Assembly: GCA_963728205.1 (NCBI GenBank)
Contig: CAVSIV010000004.1
Location: forward strand, 1-64,000
Direction of reading: 5' to 3'
DNA length: 64,000 nucleotides
Source: an uncultured Chloroflexia bacterium
GTDB taxonomy: Bacteria > Chloroflexota > Dehalococcoidia > UBA2979
This document shows, one piece after another, positions 1 to 10,000 of the stretch. The notes under the pieces were generated by a model. It saw only the letters and a list, made by a program, of their open reading frames with translations, was not told where the DNA came from and did not search any database. A program made the translations under genes and the position numbers. The first letter of the stretch is position 1. Each line of letters starts with the position of its first letter.

Positions 1-1
1 G

Positions 2-145
2 GCGCCGCGCTCGCTCGACACGCTCCGGCTCGTGATCGACGCCGACGGCGAGATCACCGTCGACACCGGCGCCGTGCGGCCGGGCGGGCGCGACAACCCG
101 CAACGCGCGGTCCAGGCGCAGGCGGGGCGGCGCGCCGATGCGTGA
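2..145 (+). CDS. 3' end of a Rieske-type protein (partial, runs off the window start)
   Basis: Frame +2 reads APRSLDTLRLVIDADGEITVDTG..., the (GP)APRxLD...VDT C-terminal Rieske signature. Stop TGA at 143-145 overlaps the start of the next gene. Confidence 0.7.
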   Translation, partial: APRSLDTLRLVIDADGEITVDTGAVRPGGRDNPQRAVQAQAGRRADA

Positions 146-788
146 CCGTGAGGAACCGACCCGCGGCAGCGGCCGCCTGCCCGTCTCGTGGGCGCCGGCG
201 ATTGACCGGGAGTTCCCGCGCCGCCTGCTGCTGCGGGCGTCGTTCTGGACGGGACTTGCCCTCGCCTCGGGCGGCGCGCTCGCGATGGCCGCCGACTACA
301 CCTGTCCGCGCCCCGCCACCGGCGAGGTGTTCGCCGGAAACGTGCGCGACTTCCCTCGCGGCGGTCCGCCGACGCCGTTCCCTCCGGGCTTCGCGTCCAC
401 GGGGCCGCACGCCTACGTCGCGGCCGCGTTCTGGTTCGTCAATCTCGACCCAGCGGACTCTGCGAGGAACGGCAGCGGCGGGGGGAGCGGATTCCTGGCA
501 CTGAGCGCGCGGTGCACGCATCTCAGCTGCACAGTCCAGTGGCGCCCGGAGCGAGACTTCGACGGCGTCCGCGGCTGGTTCTTCTGCCCGTGCCACGGCG
601 CCACGTACACGAGGGCGGGCGTCCGCGTCTACGGGCCCGCGGTGCGATCCATGGACACGTTGCGCGTGAGCGTCGACGCGAACGGCGACGTGCTCGTGCG
701 CACGGACGCCGTGACGCCCGGCGAGCCGTGGGAGTGGCCGGCGGACCCGCGGAGAGCCATTCCGCCGACCGGGCGCCTCGCGAGATGA
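138..788 (+). CDS. Rieske [2Fe-2S] protein with Tat-like membrane anchor
   Basis: Box I CTHLSC, box II CPCHG, GPAVRSMD loop; N-terminal PRRLLL followed by a hydrophobic helix. Confidence 0.9.
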   Translation: MRDREEPTRGSGRLPVSWAPAIDREFPRRLLLRASFWTGLALASGGALAMAADYTCPRPATGEVFAGNVRDFPRGGPPTPFPPGFASTGPHAYVAAAFWFVNLDPADSARNGSGGGSGFLALSARCTHLSCTVQWRPERDFDGVRGWFFCPCHGATYTRAGVRVYGPAVRSMDTLRVSVDANGDVLVRTDAVTPGEPWEWPADPRRAIPPTGRLAR

Positions 789-1465
789 CCGAGCCCGACG
801 TGCGCAGCGGGGGGCGGCTTCATCCCCCGGCAGCCACCGGGCACGCTGCCGGGGGCCTCGCGCCACCATCCGTGGCTGCGGCCCCCTTCGACCGCGAGCG
901 CGCGCGGCGCCGGGCGCTCCGCGCGACGTTCTGGTCGGCGCTCGCGCTCCCCCTCGTTGCGCTGCTGCTCGTCGGAGGCGCGTTCCTGCGTGCGCCATCG
1001 CCGCCGCGCGTGGTGCCCGCGATCCCCGTCGCCGACCTGCCGCGCCTCGCGCCCGTCCACGCGTCGCTGTCGCCGCCGGCGACCGCCTGGGTCGTGCGAC
1101 TGGGGGACGGACAGATCATCGCGCTCTCGGATCTCGACCCGCGGTCGTCCCAGCACGTGCGCTGGCTCGATCCGGCGGAGGTCATGCGCCTGTTCCATCG
1201 AGCGTCCTACGCGCCGGACACCCCTGAGGGGATCTTCCGCGACGGTCCCACCGGCTCTTCCTACGCGATCGATGGCCGTCGGGTGTCCGGGCCGACGCCG
1301 CGAGACATGGGGCGGTACCCGGTGTGGGTCGAGGACGGCATGGTGTTCGTCGACGCCGGTCGTCTCACGCCGGGGCATCGCTACACCGGGCCGAACGACC
1401 ACTCCACGCCGACGCCGGCGGCGACGCTGCCTGGCGGCGCGTCGTTCACGCCCACTCGGCGCTGA
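785..1465 (+). CDS. Rieske-fold membrane protein lacking all Fe-S ligands
   Basis: ATGA overlap with the upstream gene. RRRALRATFW plus TM helix; IALSDLDPRSSQHVRW, FRDGPTGSSYAIDG and GPTPRDM align with the Rieske boxes. No Cys in 226 aa. Confidence 0.75.
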   Translation: MTEPDVRSGGRLHPPAATGHAAGGLAPPSVAAAPFDRERARRRALRATFWSALALPLVALLLVGGAFLRAPSPPRVVPAIPVADLPRLAPVHASLSPPATAWVVRLGDGQIIALSDLDPRSSQHVRWLDPAEVMRLFHRASYAPDTPEGIFRDGPTGSSYAIDGRRVSGPTPRDMGRYPVWVEDGMVFVDAGRLTPGHRYTGPNDHSTPTPAATLPGGASFTPTRR

Positions 1466-1542
1466 CGCCACCCAGCGCGCTCGTTCGCGTCGGGTAGTGC
1501 AATCCCTGCGCCGCGTCGCGAGACTGCACGCGGAGGTGCCGC

Positions 1543-3027
1543 ATGGAGGGCCGCACGCCCCGCGGACCCGCGAAGCTGACCGACCGCCAGCGCGAGGTCG
1601 CGCGCCTCGTCGCCGACGGCCTCACCAACCCGGAGATCGCCGAACGACTGGGGATCACGCTCGACGGCGCGAAGTACCACGTGTCGGAGCTGCTCGCGCG
1701 CCTCGGGCTCGAGCGGCGCGAGGACATTGCCGCGTGGCACCGTGAGCGTGCGCGCGCCCGCCGCCGACGTGCGCTCCTGGTGGTCGCGGCGACGCTCACC
1801 GCGGGGGGCGTGGCCGTCGCGGCGGTGCTGCTCGTCGCGGCCGCTCGCACCGGCGCGGGCACGGTCATCGCCGGCGTGAAGCGCACCGCTGCCGCGGGCG
1901 CGCCCGTCACGCCCGTCGCGAGCCCGTCGCCGCCGGCCGGGGGCGAGTCCGCCTACCGGGCGCTCCCGTACGGCGTGCCGCCGCCGGGCTCGCCGGCGAC
2001 GCCCGTGGAGAACCGCATCCCGCCGCCGACGCTCGCCGTGGCGGAGGCCGAGGCCCCGGTGTTCCGGCAGGGCGATGCCTTCGCGGAGCCGCCGCCCTCC
2101 TCGTTCGGAGGCGTCGCGCGCGAGACGCGCTGCGTCGACGTCGGCGGCGGCGGAGGCGGTGGCGCTGGCGCAAGCGGCGGCGCAGCGTGGTCGTACGACT
2201 GGATGCTGCACGCCACGCAGTCCGTCGCGGGGGGCGCTCCGGTGTGGGACCTCGACCTCGCGCCGGCCCATGTGGCGAGCGTGACCGCGCGCGAGCATGC
2301 ACCGGACCTCATCATCCGCGGCCGCATGGACGCGACCGGCGCCACGCACGTCTACGAGTCGTATTTCGGCCAGCCGGCGCCCGACTCCAGCGGCACGCTG
2401 GCGTTCCACGCCCGGCTCGCCTTCCCGGCTGCGGGCCCGTGGCGGCTCGTGGTGACGGCCGGCGCGAACTGGGGCTGCTTCACGCTCCCCGCCGCGACCC
2501 GCGCGGCGCCGGCGAGCGTGCTCCTGCCGCTGGACTCCGTCGCCGCCGCCGAGCGCGAGGGCACGCGGTTGCCGCGCGCGCCGGGGGCGGCGCTGGCGGC
2601 AGCGGCGCTGCTCGACCCGTACCGCCGCGTGGCGTCACCGGCGTACCGGTCGGGGGGGACAACGGACCGCAGGTGCGTCGACGCGACTGGCCTTGCGTAC
2701 GTGCTGTCGGGCGACTTCCTCTTCGTGAAGACGCTCCTGGAGAGCAGCTGGAACCCGACCGGCGGAAGCAAGGTGTTCTGGGGTCCCGCGGAGCAGGGCG
2801 GCCTGGGCGCGGTGCTGGTGCGTGCCACGCTGCTCGGCGACCCGCGTCACACGTACGTCTACAGCGAGTCACAGCCCACGGCGCGCGCCGAGAACGTGGA
2901 CGGCTCGCCCGGCCCATGGACGTACCTGTCGAGCTGGGTGCCGCCGCTGCCCGGAACCTGGCTGGTGATCGCGACCGCAGGTGAGAACTGGGGCTGCTGG
3001 ACGCTCGAGCTCGGTGGCGGCTCCTGA
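1543..3027 (+). CDS. N-terminal LuxR HTH, TM helix and two repeated extracytoplasmic domains
   Basis: LTDRQREVARLVADGLTNPEIAERLGITLDGAKYHVSELL (LuxR HTH); hydrophobic helix; RCVD...GxWxxxxTAGxNWGC occurs twice; GGAGG RBS. Confidence 0.8.
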   Translation: MEGRTPRGPAKLTDRQREVARLVADGLTNPEIAERLGITLDGAKYHVSELLARLGLERREDIAAWHRERARARRRRALLVVAATLTAGGVAVAAVLLVAAARTGAGTVIAGVKRTAAAGAPVTPVASPSPPAGGESAYRALPYGVPPPGSPATPVENRIPPPTLAVAEAEAPVFRQGDAFAEPPPSSFGGVARETRCVDVGGGGGGGAGASGGAAWSYDWMLHATQSVAGGAPVWDLDLAPAHVASVTAREHAPDLIIRGRMDATGATHVYESYFGQPAPDSSGTLAFHARLAFPAAGPWRLVVTAGANWGCFTLPAATRAAPASVLLPLDSVAAAEREGTRLPRAPGAALAAAALLDPYRRVASPAYRSGGTTDRRCVDATGLAYVLSGDFLFVKTLLESSWNPTGGSKVFWGPAEQGGLGAVLVRATLLGDPRHTYVYSESQPTARAENVDGSPGPWTYLSSWVPPLPGTWLVIATAGENWGCWTLELGGGS

Positions 3028-3131
3028 CGCGTCGCCGGCCGCGGACTGCGTCCGCGTCCTGTCGGCGCCATCTCTGCCGCCGCTGGGGCATTCCCCGATA
3101 CCCCGGCTGCAGCTTTGCCTCGATTCTGAGG

Positions 3132-4754
3132 ATGCATCTGTGCGCCCCGCGGAGAGGCCGACCGGTGGAACCTTCCTCGGCACCCCTCCCGCCCCAGCCA
3201 CCCGGCGCGGGCTTCGAGATTGCCCTGCGCGGGCTCATGGTCGAGCTCGTGCTGCACCCGCTCGCGCCCGGCGCCGCGCCGCCGAGCGCCGACGCCGTGA
3301 TGGCGGCCCTCGAGAGCTCGCCGCTCGACCGCGCGCAGCGCGGGCCGGTCGCGCGCGCGCTCGACGACCTCGTCGACGCGACCGAGGACGTGCGCGTCAC
3401 CGTCGGCGTCGTCGCAATCCCGCGCGGGGTGACGGAGGTGTGCACGATCGTCGTCTCGCGCGACGGCCTGGCTGCCTACGCCGTGCCGACAATCCCCGCG
3501 CAGCCCGCCGGTCGCCGCCCACCGGCGCCGGTCAGCCGCGCCGCCGCGCCGCCGCCGGCCGCGCCGCCCCCTGCCGATGCCCCCGCGCCGGCGGGCGCGA
3601 CCGGCGCGGCCAATCCGGCCGCCGCCGCCGCCGGGCCCGACCCGAACCCGGGCGTCACCGCTGCGATGCTGCGCTCGCTCATGACCTCCGCGCACATCGT
3701 CCTCGGCGCGCTCGACGGCGCGATCGACGCCTTCGGCGCCGGCAAGCCGCTGGAAGACGTCGTGTGCGTCGCGCGCGGAGAGCCCCCGTGCCCGGCCGCG
3801 ACGCCGAGGTCACCTACCACTTCGACCCGCACCCGCGGCTCGTGCCGCGCCAGCTCGACGACGGCTCGGTCGACTTCCACAGCCTGCTCATCGAGCGCTT
3901 CGTCGAGGCCGGTGCGCCGCTCCTCACGCTGCGCCGCGCCGAGGCCGGGACGCCCGGGCGCACGGTCCAGGGCGCGCGCGTCGACGTGCCGTCGGTCCGC
4001 CGCATCGAGCTGACCGAGCTCGCGGGCCAGAACACCGAGATCCAGGACGACCGCCTGGTGGCGGCCGCCGGCGGGCGGCCCGTGCTCGGGAACGCCGGCA
4101 AGGTCGACGTGATGCCGGTGTTCGAGGTCGCGGGCGACCTCGACTACGGCGTCGGCAACATCGACTTCCCCGGCGACGTGGTGATTCGCGGAGACGTCCG
4201 CCCGGGGTTCACGATCCGCGCCGGCGGGGCGGTGGTCGTCCGCGGGTTCGTCGAGGGCGCGACCATCAGCGCCGAGCACGACCTCGCCGTCGGCGGCGTG
4301 GTCGGCGAGCGGGCCAGCCGCTTCACCGTCGGCGGCGACCTCGGCGCGCAGTACCTGCACGGCACGCATGCCGAGGTCGGCGGCGCGGCGACGGTGCAGC
4401 GCGAGGTCGTGAACTGCACCCTGACGGCGCAGCGCGTGGCGACGAGCTCGACCGGCCGCATCGTCGGCGGGGTGGTGACGGCGGAGCAGGAGGTCGACGT
4501 CGGGTCAATCGGCGCGCCGAACGGGCTGCTCACGGAGGTGTCGGCGACGTCGCGCGAGCCAACCGCCGTGGTCCGCGTGCGCCGCACCGTGCACGCCGGC
4601 GCCGTGGTGCACGTCGGCGGCACGCGCCGCCGAGATCGAGGACCAACTCGCCGGCGTGTCGTTCTGGGACGTGTCCGGGACGGTCGTGAGCCTGCCGGCC
4701 GGCATCGACGAGGCGGAGGTCCGCAAGCTGCGCGAGTCCCCCGAAGCCGCCTGA
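3132..4754 (+). CDS. FapA/DUF342 family (flagellar assembly protein A-like); frameshifts at about 3795 and about 4630
   Basis: DDGSVDF...GxPGRTVxG and VAGDLDYGVGNIDFPGDVVIRGDVRPGF beta-helix motifs, read across three frames. Final frame ends ...RESPEAA* at 4754. Start uncertain. Confidence 0.75.
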
Positions 4755-4984
4755 CACGGCGAGCAGGGCGGCGTGAGCGCCTGTTTGGGGCGTCGCCCGC
4801 CTCGGGTTCCGCGCCCGCTCCGTCCCGCGGTCCCGCCCTCCCGCGCGGTGACGCGCATCCCGACCAGATCGGCGACGCGCCGCGAGCAGGGCACTCACGC
4901 AACGCTGCTCGCCTTCGGGGATGGGGCGGCCTGCCGGTCGGCGGAGCGGAAACGCCGCCGGCAGAGCCGCGTCTGGGGCCGCGT

Positions 4985-5395
4985 TCAGGCAGCCCGGCGA
5001 GGACCGGGACGGACGAGCGTGACCGGCACCGTCGCGTGGCGCAGCACCTCGTCGGCGACCGCGCCGTGCGCCAGGTAGGTCAGCCCGGACCGCCCGTGCG
5101 TCGACATCACGATGCGATCCGCGTGCTCGTCCTCGACAATCATCTCGATGCCGCGCGCCGGGTCGCCGCACATGTCGATGCGCGTCGAGACGGGCACGCC
5201 GTCGATGCCCTCGCGCAGCCGCGCCAGCGAGCTCTCGAGCGCGCGTCGCTCTTCGTCCGCGTGCGTGGACGTCTCGGGCAGCTCACCGACCGTGACGAGG
5301 ATCAGCTCACCGTGGCCCGCGCGCGCCATCTCGACGGCCTCCGGGATCGCCTGCTCGGCGAGCTTCGAACCGTCCAGCGGTACGACGATCTTCAC
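4985..5395 (-). CDS. Universal stress protein (USP)
   Basis: KIVVPLDGSKLAE...IVMSTHGRSG...GAVADEVLRHATVPVTLV; GTG start after GGAGG. Confidence 0.9.
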   Translation of the reverse strand: MKIVVPLDGSKLAEQAIPEAVEMARAGHGELILVTVGELPETSTHADEERRALESSLARLREGIDGVPVSTRIDMCGDPARGIEMIVEDEHADRIVMSTHGRSGLTYLAHGAVADEVLRHATVPVTLVRPGPRRAA

Positions 5396-5565
5396 GGCAT
5401 GCCTCCGTGTCCCGCTGCGAAAGCGTGCCGCGCCGTGCCGGTGCGCCGCCCGCGCTTCCCGCGCTTCCTTCCGCAGCGTGCGGCCCGGGGCGCGGCACCG
5501 GCAGAGGCGACGGTCCACCGGCGAGCGGGACAATCGGCGAGCGGGTGGGCGGCGACCCCGGCGCG

Positions 5566-6891
5566 TCAGTCGCGCGCCGGCACCGGCTCCCGCGGGGACC
5601 GCCGCGCCTCGCGCGCCGCGATCTCCTCGGGCGGCGGCATGTGCCGGAACAGCGCGAAGTAGACCAGCGCGTTCACGACCTGCAGCGCCGAGCCGATCAT
5701 GAACGGCACCTCGAGCGCGATGTGCTCGAACAGCCACCCGGCCCCCAGCTGGCTGCCCGACGACGTCGCCTGCGAGGGCAGGTTCGCGAGGCCGGCCACG
5801 GCCGCGCGCTCCTCGGGGTCGGCGAGCGCCATCGTGTACGACTGCCGCAGCGGCGCGGCGACGCGCTGCGCGAGCATGCGCAGCAGGTAGACGAAGCCGG
5901 CGATCCAGAACGTCGGGGCCAGCGCCATCGCGGTGAGCAGCGTCGCCTGCAGCAGCCGGCCGATGAAGACAGACCGCACGAGCCCGAGCCGCTCCGCGAT
6001 CGCCGCCGCGCTGAGGTTCGAGAACAGCGACGCGAGGTTCATCAGCGAGTAGAGCAGCCCGATGGTGCCCGGGCCGACGCCGTACCGCGTGTAGAACCAG
6101 TAGGTGATGAACGGGCCGAACAGGCCGACGGCCATGCCGTTCAGCCCGTTCGTGATCCAGAGGCGGTAGAGCAGCGGCCGCGAGCGGCGCGGGAACGCGA
6201 TCGACAGCGACGGGCGACGCGTGCGCGATGCCGCCGGGCGCGCGTCGGCCGGCCGCTGCCGCCGCTGCTCGCGCACCGGCGTCGCCAGCAGCGCGGCCGC
6301 CGCCGCAAACCCGGCCATCACGATGAAGGAGAGCTGGTACGCGCCGAGCGTGCCGAGGCCGAGCGCCCGCCCGATTTCGGGCAGCCGCGCCAGCTGCCCC
6401 CCGAACGCCGCGCCGAGCGCAGACGAAAACGCCAGCCGCCCGAAGACGCTGTTGCGGTTGCGCGCCGGCGTCGCGTCCGCGATGAACGCCTGCTCCGCCG
6501 GCTGGTACGGGCCCACGGTCCCGCCGCCCGCCCCGGCGCCGCGGCCGAACGAACCGATCGACGCGGCGACGAAGATCACCGCCGTCGCGTGGCTGTACGC
6601 GAAGACGACCGCCGCGGCGGCGGTCAGCAGCGGGACGACGACGAGGAAGACCTTGCGGCCGAGTTGATCCGAGAGCAGGCCGACGCTCGCCGACATCAGC
6701 GCGCTCGCGATGCCGACCACGGCGAACAGCACGCCGAGCCGGAACGCACCGAAGCCGATCTGCACGAGGTAGATCGGCACGATCACGCCGGCGAGCGCGC
6801 GCGTGGAGCTCATCATCACGCGCGCGCTCACGAGCAGCGCGACGTCGCGCGGCATCCAGTCGGGCCGCACCTGCCGGAGGAACCGGTTCAT
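5566..6891 (-). CDS. MFS transporter
   Basis: About 12 hydrophobic segments; motif A GLLSDQLGRK and its repeat AERLG. Confidence 0.9.
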   Translation of the reverse strand: MNRFLRQVRPDWMPRDVALLVSARVMMSSTRALAGVIVPIYLVQIGFGAFRLGVLFAVVGIASALMSASVGLLSDQLGRKVFLVVVPLLTAAAAVVFAYSHATAVIFVAASIGSFGRGAGAGGGTVGPYQPAEQAFIADATPARNRNSVFGRLAFSSALGAAFGGQLARLPEIGRALGLGTLGAYQLSFIVMAGFAAAAALLATPVREQRRQRPADARPAASRTRRPSLSIAFPRRSRPLLYRLWITNGLNGMAVGLFGPFITYWFYTRYGVGPGTIGLLYSLMNLASLFSNLSAAAIAERLGLVRSVFIGRLLQATLLTAMALAPTFWIAGFVYLLRMLAQRVAAPLRQSYTMALADPEERAAVAGLANLPSQATSSGSQLGAGWLFEHIALEVPFMIGSALQVVNALVYFALFRHMPPPEEIAAREARRSPREPVPARD

Positions 6892-7100
6892 CGCACCTGC
6901 CGCCGGATCAGTGGGACGCGGTGCGCGCGATCATACTGACGTTCACGTAAGGGTCTATCAGCCGCCCCGCCGGCGGCGCGCGGGCCGCTGCCGGGCGGCC
7001 TCGATGCTACGCTGAACCTACGCGATCAGGGCCGCGCCACATCCAGGAGCCACGACTCGTCTCGTCCAACGACCGCCGCAGGCGGCCGAAGGTGCAGGGC

Positions 7101-8329
7101 ATGGTTCACCGCAGGAGTTGGCGACGGCGAGTGATCGCCGCGGCCGTGTTGCTGCCACTGATCGGCGTCGCCGCCCTGCTGATCTGGCAGGACTACGGCG
7201 CGCGGCGCGACTACGTGATCTCGACGCTCGAGCTCGAGTCGGCCGCCGTCGGCGGACGGCTCGACACCTTCGTCGCGTCGACGGCCGCGGACCTCCGCGG
7301 TCTCGCCGGCGGCTACCCGTCCCCCCGGTCGCGGCCACGCCAGTCCCGACCGCCGGCGCACGCGTCCCGCCGGATCCGCGGCTCGCCCAGCTCACCGCCG
7401 CGCACCCGGAGCGCTACCTGCGCGCGGCGATCGTGGACGTGCAGGCGCGGATCGTCGCGGCCTCCGACGGGTTCGCGCCGGGCGCCTCGTTCGACGGCGC
7501 CGCTGGAATCGGCACCGCGACGCGCGTCGACGGACTCGCGGTGTCGAGCGTCGCTGCGCCCGGGGCGGGGACGACGCCCTTTGTCGTCTTCTCGTACCCG
7601 CTGCCGCGCGAGCCACAGCCGGCCGCGCCGCTGTACCTCGCGGTCCAGGTGCCGGCCGGCACGATCGCGCGCGTCCTCGACGCCGGCCCTGGGCTGCCCT
7701 CCGGCGGTCGTCACCGGTTGTTCGACGTCGACGGCCACGTGATTGCCGCGAGCCCCGACGCGCCGGCGAGCGACACCGGCCGCGACATCTCGGACAGCGC
7801 GCTGTGGGCGGAGGCGCAGACGCGCCCGACCGCGCCGTGGTTCGGGCGGGGCCTCGACGGCACGCGGCGGATCACCTTCTTCGGGTACCCGGCGGAGGTG
7901 CCCTGGATCACCACGGTGTCGTTCCCGCGCTCGGCGCTGCTCGCTCCGCTCGAGCGGCGGTTGATCCTGCTGTCGGCAGGGCTCGCGCTCAGCGTCGTCG
8001 GCACGCTCGCGCTCGCGATCCTCGCCGAGCGAAGCGAGCGGCGCGCCTGGGCACGCGTGGCGGAGGCTCAGCAGGCGCGGGAGCGCCTGGAGCTGGCCCG
8101 TGAGGCGCAGCACCACGTCCGCAACGCGCTCCAGGTGCTGCGCCTCCGCCACGCGACCGAGACCGACCCACGCATCCAGGCGTATGTCGACGAGGCGATG
8201 GAGCGCATCGAGTGGGTGCTGCGCGACCTGCTCCCCGCCGGTGCGAGCGGACCCACCGAGCCCCGTCGCCAGGGCGAGCCGGCCCCGGAAGACGTGCTGC
8301 CGCCGCCGGACCCCGGGGCGGCACCCTAG
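7101..8329 (+). CDS. Cache-type membrane sensor ending in a DHp-like helix pair with no ATPase domain; frameshift at about 7320
   Basis: TM1, extracytoplasmic Cache-like region (LFDVDGHVIA...GLDGTRRITFF...PWITTV), TM2, coiled coil, H-box-like HHVRNALQVL, then stop. Confidence 0.65.
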
Positions 8330-8353
8330 CCGGACATGGGCACCGCCGCGGCG

Positions 8354-8842
8354 CTACCCGCCGTAGTTCAGCCCGAGCTCCTTGAGCGTGAGGATCTCCG
8401 GGTTCTCCTGTCGCAGCCCGATGTCGGTGACCTCGACCACGACGACGGCGTGATCGCCAATCTCCACGGTCTCGTGCACCTTGAGGTCCGCCCACGCCGG
8501 CGCATCCTTCAGCACGAGCGCGCCCTGCGGGGTGCGCTCCAGCGGCACGCGCTTGTCCTTCGTGACGAACTCGTCGCCCTCGACCGCGGCGTCGCCGAAG
8601 AAGGCGAACGCCAGGTCGCCCTGCCCGGTCCCGAGGAACGAGAGCGCGGCCGTCCCGCCGGCCTTGAGGTTCTGGAAGGACAGCGTGTCGGCCTTGACGC
8701 CCATCGCCAGCAGGGGCGGGTCGAACGAGGCCTGCGTCACCCAGTTGATCGTGCCCGACGCCGGCTTGTCGCCGGTCACGGTGAGCACGTAGAGCCCGTA
8801 GGGGATCAGGCGCAGCGTGGTCTTCTTCGCTCCGGCGTCCAT
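8354..8842 (-). CDS. Flavin reductase-like protein
   Basis: LRLIPYGLYVLT, WVTQASFDPP, GDHAVVVVEV; GGAGG RBS. Confidence 0.9.
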   Translation of the reverse strand: MDAGAKKTTLRLIPYGLYVLTVTGDKPASGTINWVTQASFDPPLLAMGVKADTLSFQNLKAGGTAALSFLGTGQGDLAFAFFGDAAVEGDEFVTKDKRVPLERTPQGALVLKDAPAWADLKVHETVEIGDHAVVVVEVTDIGLRQENPEILTLKELGLNYGG

Positions 8843-8930
8843 GCGAAACCTCCTCCAGCCGCCGTGTCGTTGCTCGAAACCCAATCCTACGACGGCGCCG
8901 TCGAGTGGCGGCGTCGCGCCCCTTCGGGTA

Positions 8931-9758
8931 CTACCCGGCTCGCCGCGCGACCGCGGCCATGTGCGTGAACATGAAGAGCGCGCCGTCCGCGCGCGCCCAC
9001 GCGCGCCAGCCGTCGGCAATCGTCTCGAGCTCATCCTGCGTCGCGATGCCGTAGGCGACGGCCTGCTCGCCGAGGCTCGAATGCAGCACGCGGTCCGCCC
9101 ACGAGTTGCCCCAGTTCGCCGCGGACTCGGCGTCGGCGTAGAGCTGCACGGTCGGGATGAGCTCGACGTCGGCGTTCGCGAAGCCGGCCTCGCGCAGCCA
9201 TGCCGGGATGCGTCGCCCGGCATCGGCGTCGGCGCCGTTGCGCGACGCCACCCGGTGGTAGACGTCGCGCCATCGGGCGACGGCGTCGGAGTGCGGCCAG
9301 CCGACCATCGTCCCGTAGTCGGCGTCCTTCACCGCGACGATGCCGCCGGGCCGCACGACGCGGCGCATCTCGCGCAGCGCGTCCACGGGGCGCGCGAGGT
9401 GCTGCAGCACCTGGTGCGCGTGCACGGCGTCGAAGGAGGCGTCGGCGTACGGGAGCGCGTACACGCTCTCGCGCTCGAAGCGCACGTTCACGACGCCCGT
9501 CTCCGCGGCGTGCGCGCGCGCCTGCTCGAGCACGTCGTCCACGAGGTCGATGGCAACGACCTCGCCCCCCGGCGCGACCGCGCGCGCGAGCCCCAAGGTG
9601 ATCGTCCCCGGTCCGCAACCGACGTCGAGCAGCCGCATGCCCGGCGTGAGCCGCGGCAGCAGGTAGGCCGCGTACTCCTCTGCCGTGCGGCGCGCGTGCT
9701 GCGCGACGACGGACTGGTGGTGCCCATGGGTGTACGTGTCGCCGGAGGGATTCGTCAT
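8931..9758 (-). CDS. Class I SAM-dependent methyltransferase
   Basis: LLDVGCGPG, LPYADASFDAVHAHQVLQH; N-terminal YTHGHH. Confidence 0.9.
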   Translation of the reverse strand: MTNPSGDTYTHGHHQSVVAQHARRTAEEYAAYLLPRLTPGMRLLDVGCGPGTITLGLARAVAPGGEVVAIDLVDDVLEQARAHAAETGVVNVRFERESVYALPYADASFDAVHAHQVLQHLARPVDALREMRRVVRPGGIVAVKDADYGTMVGWPHSDAVARWRDVYHRVASRNGADADAGRRIPAWLREAGFANADVELIPTVQLYADAESAANWGNSWADRVLHSSLGEQAVAYGIATQDELETIADGWRAWARADGALFMFTHMAAVARRAG

Positions 9759-9798
9759 GGCGCGAATGTATCGCGGCGCGCACCAATCGCGCCGCCGA

Positions 9799-9895
9799 CC
9801 CACAGCGGCGGCAGACATGCCGCCGACAGGGCGCGGACGCAGTCCGCAGCCGACGCCGCTCACCGCGTCGGCGGCATACCTGCCGCCGCTGTGGG
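9799..9895. repeat. Inverted pair of palindromic REP-like units
   Basis: cccacagcggcggcagacatgccgccgac (9799-9827) and its near-reverse complement (9867-9895). Confidence 0.85.
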
Positions 9896-10000
9896 CTCGC
9901 GGTCCGCGCCACGGCAGGCCGGAAGCCTGCCGCGCGCTCGAGCTCGCGCGACCTCGCGTTACACTCCCCGGCGAACCCACGCAGCACACGGGAGCCCCAC

